DNA of 64,000 nucleotides from the human T2T-CHM13v2.0 reference genome, Homo sapiens: the NCBI RefSeq assembly GCF_009914755.1, contig NC_060937.1. One strand, given 5' to 3'. Positions 42,678-59,801 of this stretch are shown piece by piece. The notes beneath the pieces are model-generated. The model worked only from the letters and a program-made list of their open reading frames with translations. It searched no databases and was not told the origin of the DNA. Position numbers and translations under genes: made by a program. The stretch's first letter is position 1; each line of letters starts with the position of its first letter.

Positions 42678-45600
42678 GTAGATCTACTACTCAAAAGAGT
42701 AGAGTAGTGGCAGGTTCAGCTTATAGAAAAGATTAAAACTCAGCCATCAGGGCTGGAAATTGCCATATATCCTATTAAGATTTTTCTCTCAGCATTTTTA
42801 TTGCTCTACTCTAATGGAAAAAGTGAAAATTACTGCCAAAGAAGGAAACTCACTGAGTTTTTATGGTCCTCACTTTGTTACCTGTTGTTTTAGCACCTAT
42901 GGATTTGTAAAATCTATCCACATGAATCTAAAAGTAAGAAAAAATGAAGCCTGGATTCTATGTATTGGTGGGGAGCAAATAGTTCAGTTTTAAATGACTA
43001 CTACATTAAGAGATCTATCACATTGCATAAGAAAAATTCAAATGCTTAAAGACATTAGAATTATTGAAAAAATATATTATTTGATCTTTTTGTTTCTTAT
43101 GTTTTGAACCAAAAAAAAACTACGTGTAAAAAGTTTCACTTTATTCTTTTCATGCAATTTTAGTGTAAGTTGAAATTAAAGAATTATTATATTCTACTTA
43201 TTTGGAATTCAACTTTTTCTCTTTTGTTAATGTTTTGGGTACAAATCTTATTCTAACTCATAATAACCTAACTCAGACATTAATATAAAACACAGTTTAA
43301 AATAGTTTATTATCAATGGATGTGGGATACATATGTGTTGCCAGACAGGAAAGGAGGGTGGAAAACAGCCATATCATAAAAATACATGTATTTGTTTAAT
43401 GTACTAGACAATTCTTTTCAAATATTTGATTATATTTTTCAGTATACAGGCTGAGGAACATTGTATTAATTCAACCCTTAGCGTTTTCCTGAAGCCAAAA
43501 GGTGAAAATAGTAAACATTTTAAATTAAAGTGAACTTTCATATTAAGAGGTAGAGAAGAACTTATGTTGTCAAGAATATCAGTCCAGTCCTTTATTATTC
43601 CAAGATAATAAAATGTAATATTAATAATATATTATGTTGTCCTAAGTTTTCTTTTCTTTAGCACAGAAGACAGATTTTCTAGAAATTAGAAGAAAGTTTT
43701 TTCTCTATCTACCCACTTTTCCTCTGAGAGCAAGCCCTAGGGGACATCAAAGCAAATGTTATATTCACTCCTAGTTACAGCCAGCTGAGGCTTGACAGGA
43801 GTAATCTCCTTGAAGTGATTCTCTTTGCTAATAATTTATGCTTATCACTGTCAAGTAGTTATTATCATTGACATCTGGCAGAATTTCAGAGCTTACCATG
43901 TTGTCTAACACCTGCCAAGGTTTATGCATATAGCTCAGAAATTTATTAGGAGCTGCTCAAATTAATTACTGTTTCATTCAGTAATTGGATAGTAGTCTTA
44001 CATATTGATACACATATCTTATGACAAAATATTTTCCCATGCTATTAAAATAAACTACACTACATTTAAACATTGTTGAATGGTAACTATTTTTAGTCAT
44101 ATGTCTATCTATACAACCAGTTCAGATTTCTGTACTTCTTATATTTACTTTACTTCCACTATCAAAAATAATCCATAGTGGAAAAAATAATCATTAAGAA
44201 ATAACTTATAAATTAAAAAAATAATTTATGTTGATATGTAAATACTTTCTCAGTGCTTTTTATGGTATAAGCTGTATTAAGAAAGTAAAGAATGTGGCTA
44301 AAATAAAATCTATATTATGTACACTTGTTTTATTAACATTTTATCTATATTGTAACCATTAGTTTTATGTTTACAACTTTGATTCTTCACTGAAACTGGG
44401 AATTCACACTCCAAGTAATTCTCTTCTGTGCATACAAATTCAACATATACAGAGTAGAGACTTTAGGCTTTATGAAAATATATATCTGCCTTAACCTTAC
44501 CAACATGGGATTATTACAATATTTTGACAATTTTGGATTTTGCCCTTATGAAAAGCCAAAAGTATTTTTTTCTGCTGCTTCTAGCTACAGTGATTATTAT
44601 ATCTCAAAAAATCAGAAAAGTTCTCACTTCATTAATTTTAAGTTTCATGATTCAAAGTGTTCCTTCTCTCCAATTTATTAATTCATAACAATGCAGACAG
44701 CAAAGACATCTTCAAATGAACTCGCTTGAACTCAGAGATTTGGTTAGATTCAGATATTGGTTTGCAATGAATAAGAGTCATAATGAGAAGGAGAGAAGAA
44801 AGGATTCCTTCTTTTGGCCACATTCTTTGTGTTCTCTCCTGGAGGTAGCTTCTTAAAGTCTTCCTTTTACCAAATTCCAGTGAATTTGTTATGATCAGTA
44901 AAAATTTCCTGAATCTGTGCTTTATGCAATCATAGTCAACAAAGGAAGGAGTTTTTGATGGTCAGTACAACCATTTTACAACCCATTGCATATTACAATA
45001 CCTTTATCTTGATATTTCTTGACATATTTAATTTTCTACTAATATGGTTTGTATCTGTGTCCCTGCCTAAATCTCATGTTGAATTGTAATCCCCAGTGTT
45101 GGAGATGGAACCTGGTGGTAGTTGATTAGATACTGGGGAAATTTCTCATTAAGCATTTAGCACCATTCTCTTAGTGCTGTTTTTGTGATAGGGTTCTTAG
45201 GAGATCTGGTCGTTTAAACATGTGCAGCACCTCACCTATCTCTCTCCTCCTCCTGCTCCTGCCATGCCAAGATGCCTGCTCCAGCTTTGCCTTACACCAT
45301 GAGTAAAAGCTCTCTGAGGCCTCCCCAGAAGCAGATGCTGCCATGCTTCCTGCACAGCCTGCAGAACCATGAGCCAATTAAACCACTTTTTTTAAATAAT
45401 TTAATCAGTCTCAAGTATTTCTTATTAGGAATGCAAAAGTGGTAGACTAATATAGAAAACTGGTACCAAGAAATGGGACATTGCTATAAAGATACCTGAA
45501 AATGTAGAAGCAGCTTTGGAACTGGGTAATGGGCAGAGGTTGGAAGAGCATGGAGGGCTCAGAAAAGGAAGAGAAGATGAAGAAAAATTTGAAACTTTCT

Positions 45601-45936
45601 AGAAACTTGTTAAATCGTTGTGACCAAAAGGTTGACAGTGATATGGACAATGAAGTCCAGGCTGAGGAGGTCTCAGATGTAAATGAGAAACCTACTGGGC
45701 ACTGGAGTAAAGGTCATATTTGCTATGTGTTAGCAAAGAGCCTGGCTGCACTGTGTTCCTGCTCTAGCAATCTTGGAACTATGAAACTGAAAGAGATGTT
45801 TAAGAGTATGTAGCAGAAGAAATGTCTAAGCAGCAAAGTGTTCCAGAAGTGGCCTAGCTGCTTGTAAAAGCCTGTGCTCATTTGCATAAAGAAAGAAATG
45901 ACCTGAAACTGGAACATATATTTAAAAGGGAAGTAA

Positions 45937-46370
<434 letters not shown>

Positions 46371-47406
46371 TCAAGCAGGCTGCAGAAATTTGCATAAGTG
46401 AAGAGAAGCCAAGTGCTAATATCAAAGACAATGAGGGAAAGGTCTTGAAGGTATTTCAGAGACCTTCTTGGCAGCCCCTCCCATCATAGGCCTGGAGGCC
46501 TTGGAGGAAAAAATGGTTTTGTGTGCCAGGGCCAGGCCCCTGATGCCCTGTGCAGCCTCAGGACACTGTTCTCTGAATCCTAGCCACTCCAGCTCCAGCT
46601 GTGGCTCCAAGGGGCTCAGGTATAGCTCAGACTACTGTTCCAGAGGGTGCAAGGCATAAGCATTGGTGACTTGCATATGATGTTAAGCCTGCAGGTGTGC
46701 AGACTGCAAGAGTTGAGGCCTGGGAGCCTCCACCAACGTTTCAGAGGATGTATGGAAAAGCTTGTAAGCCCATGCAGAACCCTTCTGTAGGTGCAAAGCC
46801 CTCATGGATAACCTCTACTAGGGTAGTACAAAGAGGAAATCTGGGGTTTGGATCCCCAATTACAGAGTTCTCACTAGGATGCCCCCTAATGGAGCTTTGA
46901 AAAGAGGACCACTGTCCTCCAGACACCCAACTGGTAGATCCACTGGCAGCTTCTACTGTGTGCCTGGAAAAGCCAAAGGCACTGAATGCCAGCCCATGAC
47001 AGGAGCTGCAGGGGCTGCACCCTGAAAAGCCACAGAGGAAGAGATGTCTAAGGCCTTGGGAGCCTACCACTTCCACCAGTGTGCTCTGGATGGATAGGGA
47101 ACATGGAGTCAAAGGAGGTTATTTAGGAGCTTTAAGATGTAATGATTCCCCTGCTGGGTTTTGGACCTGCATGGGGCCTGTAGCCCCTTTGTTTTTGGCC
47201 ATTTTCTCCTTTTTAGAATAGGAGTATTTAACCAATGCCTATATGCGTATACCCCCATTGTATCTTGGAGGTAATTTTTTTTTTTTTTTAAACAGGCTCA
47301 TTGATGGAAAGGACTTGCCTTGTCTCAGATATTTTGGACTTTGGACTTTTGAGTTGATGCTAAAATAAGGTAAGACTTTGGTAGACTGTTGGGAAGACAT
47401 AATGAT

Positions 47407-47709
47407 TTATTTATTTATTTATTTTTTTTTTTTTGACAGAGTCTCACTCTGTAGCCCAGGCTGGAGTGCAGTGGTGGGATCTTGGCTCACTGCAACCTGT
47501 GCCTCCCGGTTCAAGTGATTCTCCTGCTTCACCTCCCAAGTAGCTGGGATTACAGGCATGTGCCACCATGCCCAGCTAATTTTTGTATTTTTAGTAGAGA
47601 TGGGGTTTCACCACGTTGAAGGGGCTGGTTTCAAACTCCTGACCTCAGGTGATCCACCCGCCTTGGCCTCCTGAAGTGCTGGGATTATAAGTGTGAGCCA
47701 CTGCTCCTA
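47407..47709 (-). mobile_element. AluSx-like inside MST-int
   Basis: 'gacctcaggtgatccacc'; TSD aagacataatgat/aaggcgtaatgat. Confidence 0.94.
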
Positions 47710-47950
47710 AAGGCGTAATGATATTTTGATTTGTGAGATAGACATGATATTTGGCGGGGCCAGAGGTGAAATGATATGGTTCAGATCTGTGTCCCTGCCC
47801 AAATCTCATTTCAAATTATAATCCCCAGTGTTGGACTTGGGGCCTGATGGTAGGTGATTGGATCACAGGGCCAGTTCCTCCTGAATGGTTTAGCACTACC
47901 TCCCTTGTGCTGTTTTCTTGATAGAGTTATCACAGTATCTGACTGTATAA

Positions 47951-48509
47951 CCCTTTTCCCATTTAGAAAATAAATAAATAAATAAATAAAATAGTAAGTG
48001 CAGCTCACTGCCAGTGCTCATTTAATTTTACATACCTTTTAAATTTATTTAATTTTACATAGGCATGCTCTTTTAGGCTGAAGAAAATATGACTGATTTC
48101 AGTGTGAAAATAAAATATAAAAACTGTTCTTGGAGTTATATTTAAGGAGAACTAACATCAGAATCATCTGAATTATCAGAATCATCTATTTTGAAAAAAT
48201 CAGAATCATCAAATGAATCTTTTGAACAATTGTTTGAGAACGATGTTAACATAACACATAAGAATGGTATGTTTTCTAGGATTTGACATTTTCAGTGATT
48301 GAGAATTACTATATTTTATAAACAAAAATACTACTACTAAGAACAGAATGCTATAAACAGAATAATGTCTTTTGTTTCCAAAATTGATATACTACAGCAA
48401 TGTGAAAATAATAATAAAAGTGAGATATTTTGTGGCAAAGTTATCTCAGGGTAAATGCTGCAGCTGCAAGTGCCACTGGCAGGTATTCTCAGGGCAAATG
48501 GAAAAAGGG
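47951..48509 (-). mobile_element. MER75 non-autonomous piggyBac DNA transposon inside the MSTA 3' LTR
   Basis: TIRs cccttttcccattt / aaatggaaaaaggg (13/14 match); subterminal 'gcaaagttatctcagggtaaatgctgcagctgcaag' matches recalled MER75; LTR resumes after it. Confidence 0.88.
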
Positions 48510-49482
48510 ATAGAAGTGTGTAGCAGCTCCCCCGTAACTCTTCCTCCTTCTCCTGCCATGTGAAGATGCCTGCTCCAGCTTTGATATGAGTAAAAGCTCC
48601 CTGAGGCCTCCCCAGAAGCAGATGCTGCCATGCTTCCTGGACAGACTTTGAAACCGTGAGCACATTCAGTCTCTTTTCTTATAAATTATCCATTCTCGGG
48701 TATTTCTTTATAGCTATGTGAGAATGGACTAATATGTCTATGTATTAAATTTAAGCATTTATGAGATTTTGGTGAAAACATGGAATTAAAATGAAACACA
48801 AATATGGCATTTCCTTCCGTAGTTCCCTAGATTTTTCTAGCTGGTTGTCTAAATGAAATTTATAAATAATCTATTGAAACAATATATTAGAATAATACAC
48901 AATGTCTAATCTAAACTCACGTATGCCAAATAAGCAAAGTAAAATGAGAAAACCCATAGTACTTCATGGTTTTTGGTCACAGGAAAACAGAAATACACAT
49001 AGCTGTTCTTTTTAGGTAAATTCATATCAGCTGGACTTTAACAGACACGTATCTTTATAAAAGGTGAAAATAAATATATGATGTTTTGCAAGCTTTTCTT
49101 TCATGTTTTCAGCAATTTAATAAGAGAGCCACATAAAATATCTCTATATCATTCTCTCTCTCTCGTAATTTAATGGGCTATCTTTATACCTATACACACA
49201 CATCTGTATGTGTGTGTATTTGGAATAAGATATTCAACTGTTAAATCACTATATATGTACGTATATATAGCATTTTTATATGCATATGTTTTATATGTAT
49301 GAAAAATTTGATGTTTATTAAAGTACTGAAAGCCTGACAGGAAAACATGTAAATAATATATAACTAGTTTAAAGACATGATCAGTAGTGCTATCTGCTAT
49401 TGAACATTCTCCACCAATTATGTCTTAAAATTTATATTTGATTTCTGATGTAATTATTAACCATATTTTAAGCTATAAGAAA

Positions 49483-49558
49483 TTGAATATCAAAATATTT
49501 CAATGACTTGATATAATTTTTTGAATATCAAAATATTTCAATGACTTGATATAATTTT
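49483..49558. repeat. Perfect 38-bp tandem duplication
   Basis: ttgaatatcaaaatatttcaatgacttgatataatttt x2, identical. Confidence 0.97.
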
Positions 49559-50336
49559 ATAAATAATATAATGTACTTTTCTTTCTTGTTACCCCTGAAC
49601 TACTAGCATACCACTCCTTATCTCTATTTCTTTGCAAATGTTCATCATGTTATTTGATGTCCGGGAAGAAGGAGTGGAGACAATGTGCTGTCTTTCACAA
49701 TTGATCAGGATTACATAGCATTTATTTGAATGTGGCAGAAAAGAAATATGAAATAGCTCTGCTAAATGTAAACATAATATGGTAAATATATTACAAATAA
49801 TTCTAATTTTCAATCAAATCACTTTAAAAATGAGACTTTTGTACAAAAAGAGTAAAAAAAAGATGACACAAAGGTGGAAATTACAGAATTATTAAAGTAA
49901 AATTAAATATTAGATACACTTTATGTTTGAAATACTACAGTATTTTAGGTAATAATATGGCTTTATTGACTGGAATAATACTATATTGCATTACTTAAAA
50001 TATTATGTTGCAACAACAGTCATCTTTAGAAAACACAAAATCCCATTTTAGAGGTTTTTCCATTGGTTCACAAAAACTGCTATCATAGATACCAGAATGA
50101 AGACATAATTCACACATATATTCAATGTATAAGAAGATTATTGGGTATTTGAAATTAAACTTAAAAGTATAAGAATCAACATTATTTTATTTTCAAATAA
50201 TCCAGGGCACCCAGAGTTTTAAAGAAAACCATAAAATATACATATAAACTGTTACTATGCATCACATTCTTCTCAGAACCCTGAAAATTGTAATTGACAT
50301 GTTCTGTTCATGAAGATATAGTATTATTTCAAGGAA

Positions 50337-50809
50337 TGAAAGCAGGTTCACTGTGCACTGGTTACCATGCCAATTTTTATCACTTGCACAGGTCCTGTGA
50401 GACAGAAAACTCACACAAATTACAAGAAGCAGATTTATTGCTTAAAGATAGGCAGCAAGGGGAAACAGAAGCCTAGGTTTCATTTTGAGCCAGTTTCTCA
50501 AGGCTCAGAAAAGCTTCCCAGCACAGATGGAATCAGTCTGCATGTGTCCCCACTTGCACCACAATAGGAGGACCCCAAAATGCAGCCCACCTTGGGTTTT
50601 ATGTCCTAGGGGTCACATGACATGCCACACTTAATAAATGAAAAATATTCTGTTTCTAGGTGAGACAAACCAAGACCAGACTGCTCTGGCCAGTTCCTCA
50701 TAGTCTTAAGATGTTGCGTTCCCAGTACATTCTATAGTTATTTTTGAGACCTAGTAAGAGGGAGAGAAAAATCGGGTCAGTCCACGGCCACTCAGGGAAC
50801 TATCCTGCA
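50337..50809 (-). mobile_element. Solo LTR, probably ERV-L class (LTR47/MER54/LTR53-like; family uncertain)
   Basis: tg...ca termini, 'ggaat' at both ends, minus-strand AATAAA ('gatttattg'), reverse start 'tgcaggatagttccctgagtggccgtggactgaccc'. Confidence 0.65.
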
Positions 50810-51266
50810 GGAATTGACATTTTCATAGTCATTCAATATGTCATTATGAGCTTGCCACTGTACTAGATTGTATCAGAACACATATAAAGTAGATATATTT
50901 CTTACCTTTGTGTTTCTTATAGTATAATAGGAGGCTAATTGGACAAATAAAATATTACTGCTAGAAAGTGAAGAAATACACTCTTAAAAAACAATGTGAC
51001 TGAATCAACGAGCACAAAGTCAAGTGATAATGAAAAACTAGCAAGAATAATTGGGCTCTAGGTGACATTCTGTCATTGCTTATGTGTAACCATTGCTAAT
51101 TTTTCTAACTTCTGAGAGCTATAAATTAGCTATGAAATGAGAAAGCCGATTTAATTTCCCCAGAGTTTTTTTCAACCACTAAAATATTATGACATTCTAA
51201 AAATTATTATTGTTATGTATTGATTTTTGTTCAATTGTGTAGCCAACTCCCTAGAGCAATCAGCAA

Positions 51267-51612
<346 letters not shown>

Positions 51613-51619
51613 TGATTGG

Positions 51620-52900
51620 GACATTCTGTTAAGTTGGAAATGATGGTAAGTTAACCAAATCAATATGTTATGTAGAAAGTTGGATACATGTGTGTGAAGT
51701 GAAACATTAAGGTTTTTGATGGAGAGACCTATGTAAATTTACGTTGTTGCCATATTTTTGGCATTCAAACCATGTAATTTTTGACATTATATGGAGAGAG
51801 GTAAAAAGGAAGAGAGGTTAGGAATGAATGTCAAGATAGGGATAGGAAGTAGAACTAGGGAAGTGACCAGAATCATGATATAAAGCACAGGTGTTCTGTA
51901 TACCAGAGCCAGAAAGGAGAGACTTGTAAAAGAAGGGAGTAGTCTACCCTGTCACGGGTAGCTGAAATACTGAGTAGAAACTAGTCATTTGACAAATATC
52001 TACTGACCTCCTACTATGTACCAGCTACAATTCTAAGCACCTAGAATGTACCAGCAAAGAAATAAAATCTCCCTCCCTTGTGGAACTTTCCTTCTGTTCC
52101 TCAAATTGGAGACAAAATAATAAATAATAAAAATGTTAGTGAAATAAATCACCAAGTATTTTGGAAAGTGATAAATGCTATGAAAAATAATGTAGAGCAG
52201 GTAAGAAATTTGAGAGTACAGCAACCTAGCTGAGTGCAGCAAGGGATGAGATCAGAGAGATAATGGTAATTGGCTTTCACTCAGAGTTTGAACAGATTGG
52301 TGACATGATATGAGTTGTATTTTGAGAGATTTATTTCTGTAACTTTTTATAAAATCTGCTTTCAGGCAGACAAACGTGAAAGTCTATTTCCATTTAAAGG
52401 CTATTACTATTGTCCACAGGAGAAATGATGGCTTTGACCAAAGTGCATAGGAAAGGCGAAATGTGGATAAGTTTTGAAAGAAGCTCCAACAAGAGTTCCA
52501 CACAAATTGAATGAGATCTCAGGCAAAAAGGGGGAATTCAAGGATAGTGCTAATGTTTTGTTTTATTTTTTTTTGGCCTGAGCAACTAGAGTGATGAGAT
52601 ACCATGAACTGATGTATGATAGACTGAGACTGGATCTGGAGACATTCAAGAGCTCAGTTGTGCCTGTGTCATATTTAAGATATTTGTCATTAGAGGCATT
52701 GTAGGGAAGGTTGGAAATGTGGATTTAGAGGACTGAAGAAAAAAATATGAGCTGGAGCTATCAATGTAGAAGTTTCTAAACATATAGATAGTATTTAAAG
52801 ACATAAGACTGGGTGTGATTACCTACAGAATGTGTATAGACATAAAAGATATCTTGGATATTGCAAGAAAAAGTAAAGAATCCATCAAAAGATACTGCTT
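51620..52900 (-). mobile_element. L2 relics
   Basis: 'tcatttgacaaatatctactgacctcctactatgtaccag', 'ttttggcctgagcaactagagtgatg', 'caagagctcagttgtg'. Confidence 0.7.
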
Positions 52901-54691
52901 ACTTTGGTTGCATGTGAGGTAGTGCTCATTTATATGTTGAAGAGAGGCTCTCAGAAGTAAGTAACAGGCAAATAGGAAAAGTAATGTTAAACCATAATAT
53001 ACACTATTTTATTTGGTTTTCTTAACAACCCTACTAATGAGTTGTGTAATTATTTTCATTTCAAATCATAAAAATTTGTCCAAGGACACACATTGAATAA
53101 CTGACTGTCACATGTTACCAAGTTTTTAAATACTAGGCAATATTATAGCTTATACTGCTCTTGTATTGATCTCTCTCTAAAAAATTAAAGAAAATACATA
53201 GGGCAGAGAAAAAAGACAACTACAAAATTATGCACTGATTGGACACTCATATGCATTTTTTCAATCAATAAATACATGTATTTGTTGATTGAATAAAAAC
53301 ATTCAGTGCATTGTTGCTTGGGAATTTAAAAGGATATTTTATAAATATCTTAACCAAATCTCAGAACATCTAATCAGCATTTGGGTCTCATTAAGTGCTT
53401 TCTTTCCTTTGTATTCCTTAGGTTGCCATTTGATTATTTTTGCTAAATGATAGCTTATTTACATCTTTGCTTTTTATACATTCTCTTCTCCTCTAGTGTC
53501 TTTTCCATTCTTGATATTAAGCAATTTTCAATACTCTTGCTAAAGTCTCAATTATTTTAATTCTTGCTTATTTCTGTTCTTTCAGCTGTTTTATACATAT
53601 CTTGCAGTGCATTAAAATAAGTTTTAACATAGACTAGAGAAACAAACAAATAAACAAATAAGCAAAACTAGAGAAGCCAAATAACTGAGTGAGACCAACA
53701 TTGAAAAGTAAGATAATATCATTTAACCTTAAGTAAGAAATTTATTAGATGAAAAGGAAAGTTTAAAATAAAGTTCTACTAGAAAACAAGTAAATAGAAG
53801 GAAACAGAATTTGCTGGCTTAAATAAACCTCTTCTGAATTAATTACTGATCAAAGTATTTTTGATTATGTTTATCTGTCAGCTTAATTCTTGAGAATGTT
53901 TTTTAAGCAGAAATCTTACAGGGATACATTACAAATCTAATGCTAAATTTTATTCTATGATGATTGTATTTTTCATCCAACATAGCAGTATTTTGAATAT
54001 AATTCATATGTTATTAAAATGAATACATGACACATTTATGGCACTAACAATTTAACATATAATTAATTAGGATGACATATGTAAACACTTCTTGCAGTGC
54101 AAGAATATTGTGGATTGAAAAATGTTAGTGTCTTTCCTCCCTCAGAAATATTATGTATAATATGTTTTGTGGTTTTCAGCCTATTAAGGGAGTACATTGA
54201 TGATTTTTATTCTCACTCACTCATTGAAATAAGTAAACATAAATAAAAACTTGTTCTCTATTAGCTCTCTATTGAAATGAATTATTGTGAGTAGGCACTG
54301 AATATCTTTGCCTGCTTAGAAAGACTCTAATTCAGCCCATTAATAATAAGGCTTCCAAATGAAGCAGTCCACTTTTTGTTTTCTATCAGAAGACACAGAA
54401 TCAGAGAATTCTTTCTGGTACAATCTGGGCTGTAATGTTGGTTTTTTTGGGGTTCTGATGACAGGAATAGTCTTATGGTCCACATTTTGGGATCATGAGA
54501 GTCACTCAGTAACATTTTCTTTAGAATGTCAATAAAAATTGTAGACTGCTGACTGGGAGGAGATGGCAAGTTGAGAAATCGACAGTGTTTTTAGACGTCT
54601 TTCTCCTCCTAAGATTTCCACATTTACCTCCTGGAACCTTATTGCCAGCTAATGCCACCTTGTTTCTCATCTAAAATAATTTTAGTTAAGC

Positions 54692-54742
54692 AAAAAAAAA
54701 AAAAAAAAAAAAAAAAAGAAAGAAAGAAAACAAAGAAAAAAA
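54692..54742 (+). repeat. A26 run plus (GAAA)n A-rich tract
   Basis: Read directly. Confidence 0.95.
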
Positions 54743-56612
54743 AGTGCCCTCTCTCATCTCACAAGCAATATTTCAACCTGATTAACAATGAACTTTATTA
54801 TTATACATTAGTGACTTCAGTATCCACATAGGTGATCATATTATAAACAGGCACTAAGAATTTGATGTCTATAACAACCACAATCTTTTTCTTTATATCT
54901 ATTTAGAAAATCACACATTGTAAGAACACCTAAGACCTTGATATTTCCCAGAAATATACCTCTGAAATATTATGTTTTACATGCTGAGTTGTGCCTGTAG
55001 TTTTTCTACACTTATCATCTTAACGTAAACTACCTGGCTTTTTGACATTACAGTGTTCTATTTCACATCTACCAATTCCTTCTCTGTTATGTCTAACATG
55101 ACATTGTTTTGTTCCCAATTTGGCTTATAGTGTACTATTTTAAAGAAAAAAAATCCACATAAGTAATTTAATAATATTCTTTGAACTGTAACTGCATTAT
55201 CAATGTAAAATAGAAGCTAAAATGAAATTTTAATAAAGAAATAACAAAAGGATATTTAAAAGTTAGTTGGGTGAAATATATTTGACAAGAAGAAGGGTGT
55301 AGGCTGAGAAATGAAAAGGTGATAAGGCTACCAAAAAATGTAACACCAACATTAAAATCTGTTTTAGAACAACAACATGTTAAGTCAATACTGTAGGACA
55401 TGAAATAAATGATAGGGTAAAATAATAAATTGCAAAGCTCTACAGATGTGTTAGGTATAAGATTTTCCATGTGGAAGTGACATGCCTGAATATTCTAATT
55501 TTGTAATTAAATTCTTTTAGGCGCTGATCAATTCTCTCAGATTTTTCACTATAACTGTTTGTGACTGTATAAAGGGAATTCTTGATCATTTTCATAAGTC
55601 TATATTCATTGAGCACTGTAATATTTAGTGGAGTTTATTCTGATCCAGAGTCACTGCTAATCAATCATAGTGTAATTTTTCACCAATAAAAATAGGACAT
55701 TAATATATGTTTAATAAATAACATAATTATCTTACCACTCCCTAAATAATTATCATTCGAAATCTCACCATGCATAGGTAATCACTGCCAAAATTGTGTT
55801 TGCATTTGTTTTCCCAACCAAATTACCATTCAGCTTCAGGATTAGGCAAACGAAAGTAAACAAAGTAGACGTTGTTTTTTCTTTCAAAAAACCGCAATTT
55901 AGTTGTATATGTTTGGATACCACTGCAAGTAGTTTTTTAAAAGATTTGTTTGTATTTCTGTATTGAAATTGGGAGGTATTACAGAGATGTTTTCCTTAAA
56001 TTGCATTAAAGCACTTTATTAAAACTTTAACAATTTGGGACAATATTTTAGTGTCAAACAGAGACAGAGAGAGACAATGATCTCAAAGAAGAAGAAAGAT
56101 TATTAAAACAGACATTCACATAAAAAATAAATTTCAAATTGAATAAGTATTTAATAATGGTAATTAAGCAATTAGTCAACACTAAAGATAAATCTCTGGT
56201 AAAAATCTATTTCAGCATAATTACTTACAATGAATGTTAAATGGCAAAAAAAATTAAAATTTAGTTGCAAAGGAAAACTTGTTTCTGGCAGTCCATTTCA
56301 TTTTGTTTTGGTAAGGGTTCCCTGACTTTCTTTGAGTAAATTCAAAGAAACTTGAATAAATTGGGTGAAAAAATCCATCCCTAGATTCAGAGGAATTGAA
56401 TGTACAACCTGAACCTTAAAAAATCATCGCATTTTGTTTCTTGACCTCACAATGTTTATCCCATGAGGGGTGAATGTCTGATGTAATTTGGACACACGTG
56501 TCTAGATAACGACAGCCTTTTGTTCTTGCAACAGGGAAAGAGAAATATTTTTAAAATGAAGCAATACAAATGACTCGACACAACACAAATATTATGTCCG
56601 ATCTCATTAGTA

Positions 56613-56615
<3 letters not shown>

Positions 56616-56649
<34 letters not shown>
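56616..56649. repeat. (AT)17 microsatellite
   Basis: Read directly. Confidence 0.97.
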
Positions 56650-56652
<3 letters not shown>

Positions 56653-56974
56653 AAGGCCAAATAGCTGAAGGTGTCTTTCCTTTTACATACCTAACTTTAA
56701 GTGATAGATTGCAGAAGGCAGTAGGATGTACAGCCACAGAAGTAACTCTGTTTCTCTCTATCAACCTAAGGGCTCCTTCCATCCAGCACATCAGAACAAC
56801 AGTAAATGTTTCTCATATGCTGATCTCTGCTATAGCGGTATACCAACCCTAGGGCTCTGCTATGCTTTATCCACACTAAACCATAAGGGATGACTATAGT
56901 TTTGCTTCAAGTGTGTCTGTTTTTCCATGTTTTCTTTTCTTTCTCTATTTTATATGGGTGACCATTTCAAGGTT

Positions 56975-59085
<2,111 letters not shown>

Positions 59086-59507
59086 TCGTTTCAAGTTTTA
59101 TATCCACAGCTCTTATTAATACTCTTCAAATTCTCTTGGTTGCCCCTCTTTATCTTTAATTATGTGTTTAACAACATCAAATGTATACTTTGTAGTTTGA
59201 ACTATATGAATCATATGTTATTTGTTTATACCATTTAAAGTTGTTTATTATATTTATTTGCAAACCTATATTTTTTAATGTTTTGAGGTTCTATGTAAAA
59301 CTTATTCATAACTCCCAAATAACAACACTGTGCTTAATACAGATGTGTTAACAAATAACCAAATAATAAATATGATAAAATTCTAACTGAATGGGGAAAA
59401 TCATTAGCATAGGGCTTTAGCATATTTATTCTTTGACTTCCCAAACTAATCTTCTCAACAGAGAAAATTGGAATTTCTTAGCAGGCACATTTTCTTGAGT
59501 CATTCTT

Positions 59508-59801
<294 letters not shown>

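Noticed and set aside
45529-45813. 94-aa acidic ORF as a novel protein
   Set aside because: Remnant of the MaLR internal Gag-like frame, truncated and followed by an Alu
53395-53425. Polypyrimidine tract plus AG as a splice acceptor
   Set aside because: No convincing downstream exon, donor or coding frame; such motifs are common by chance
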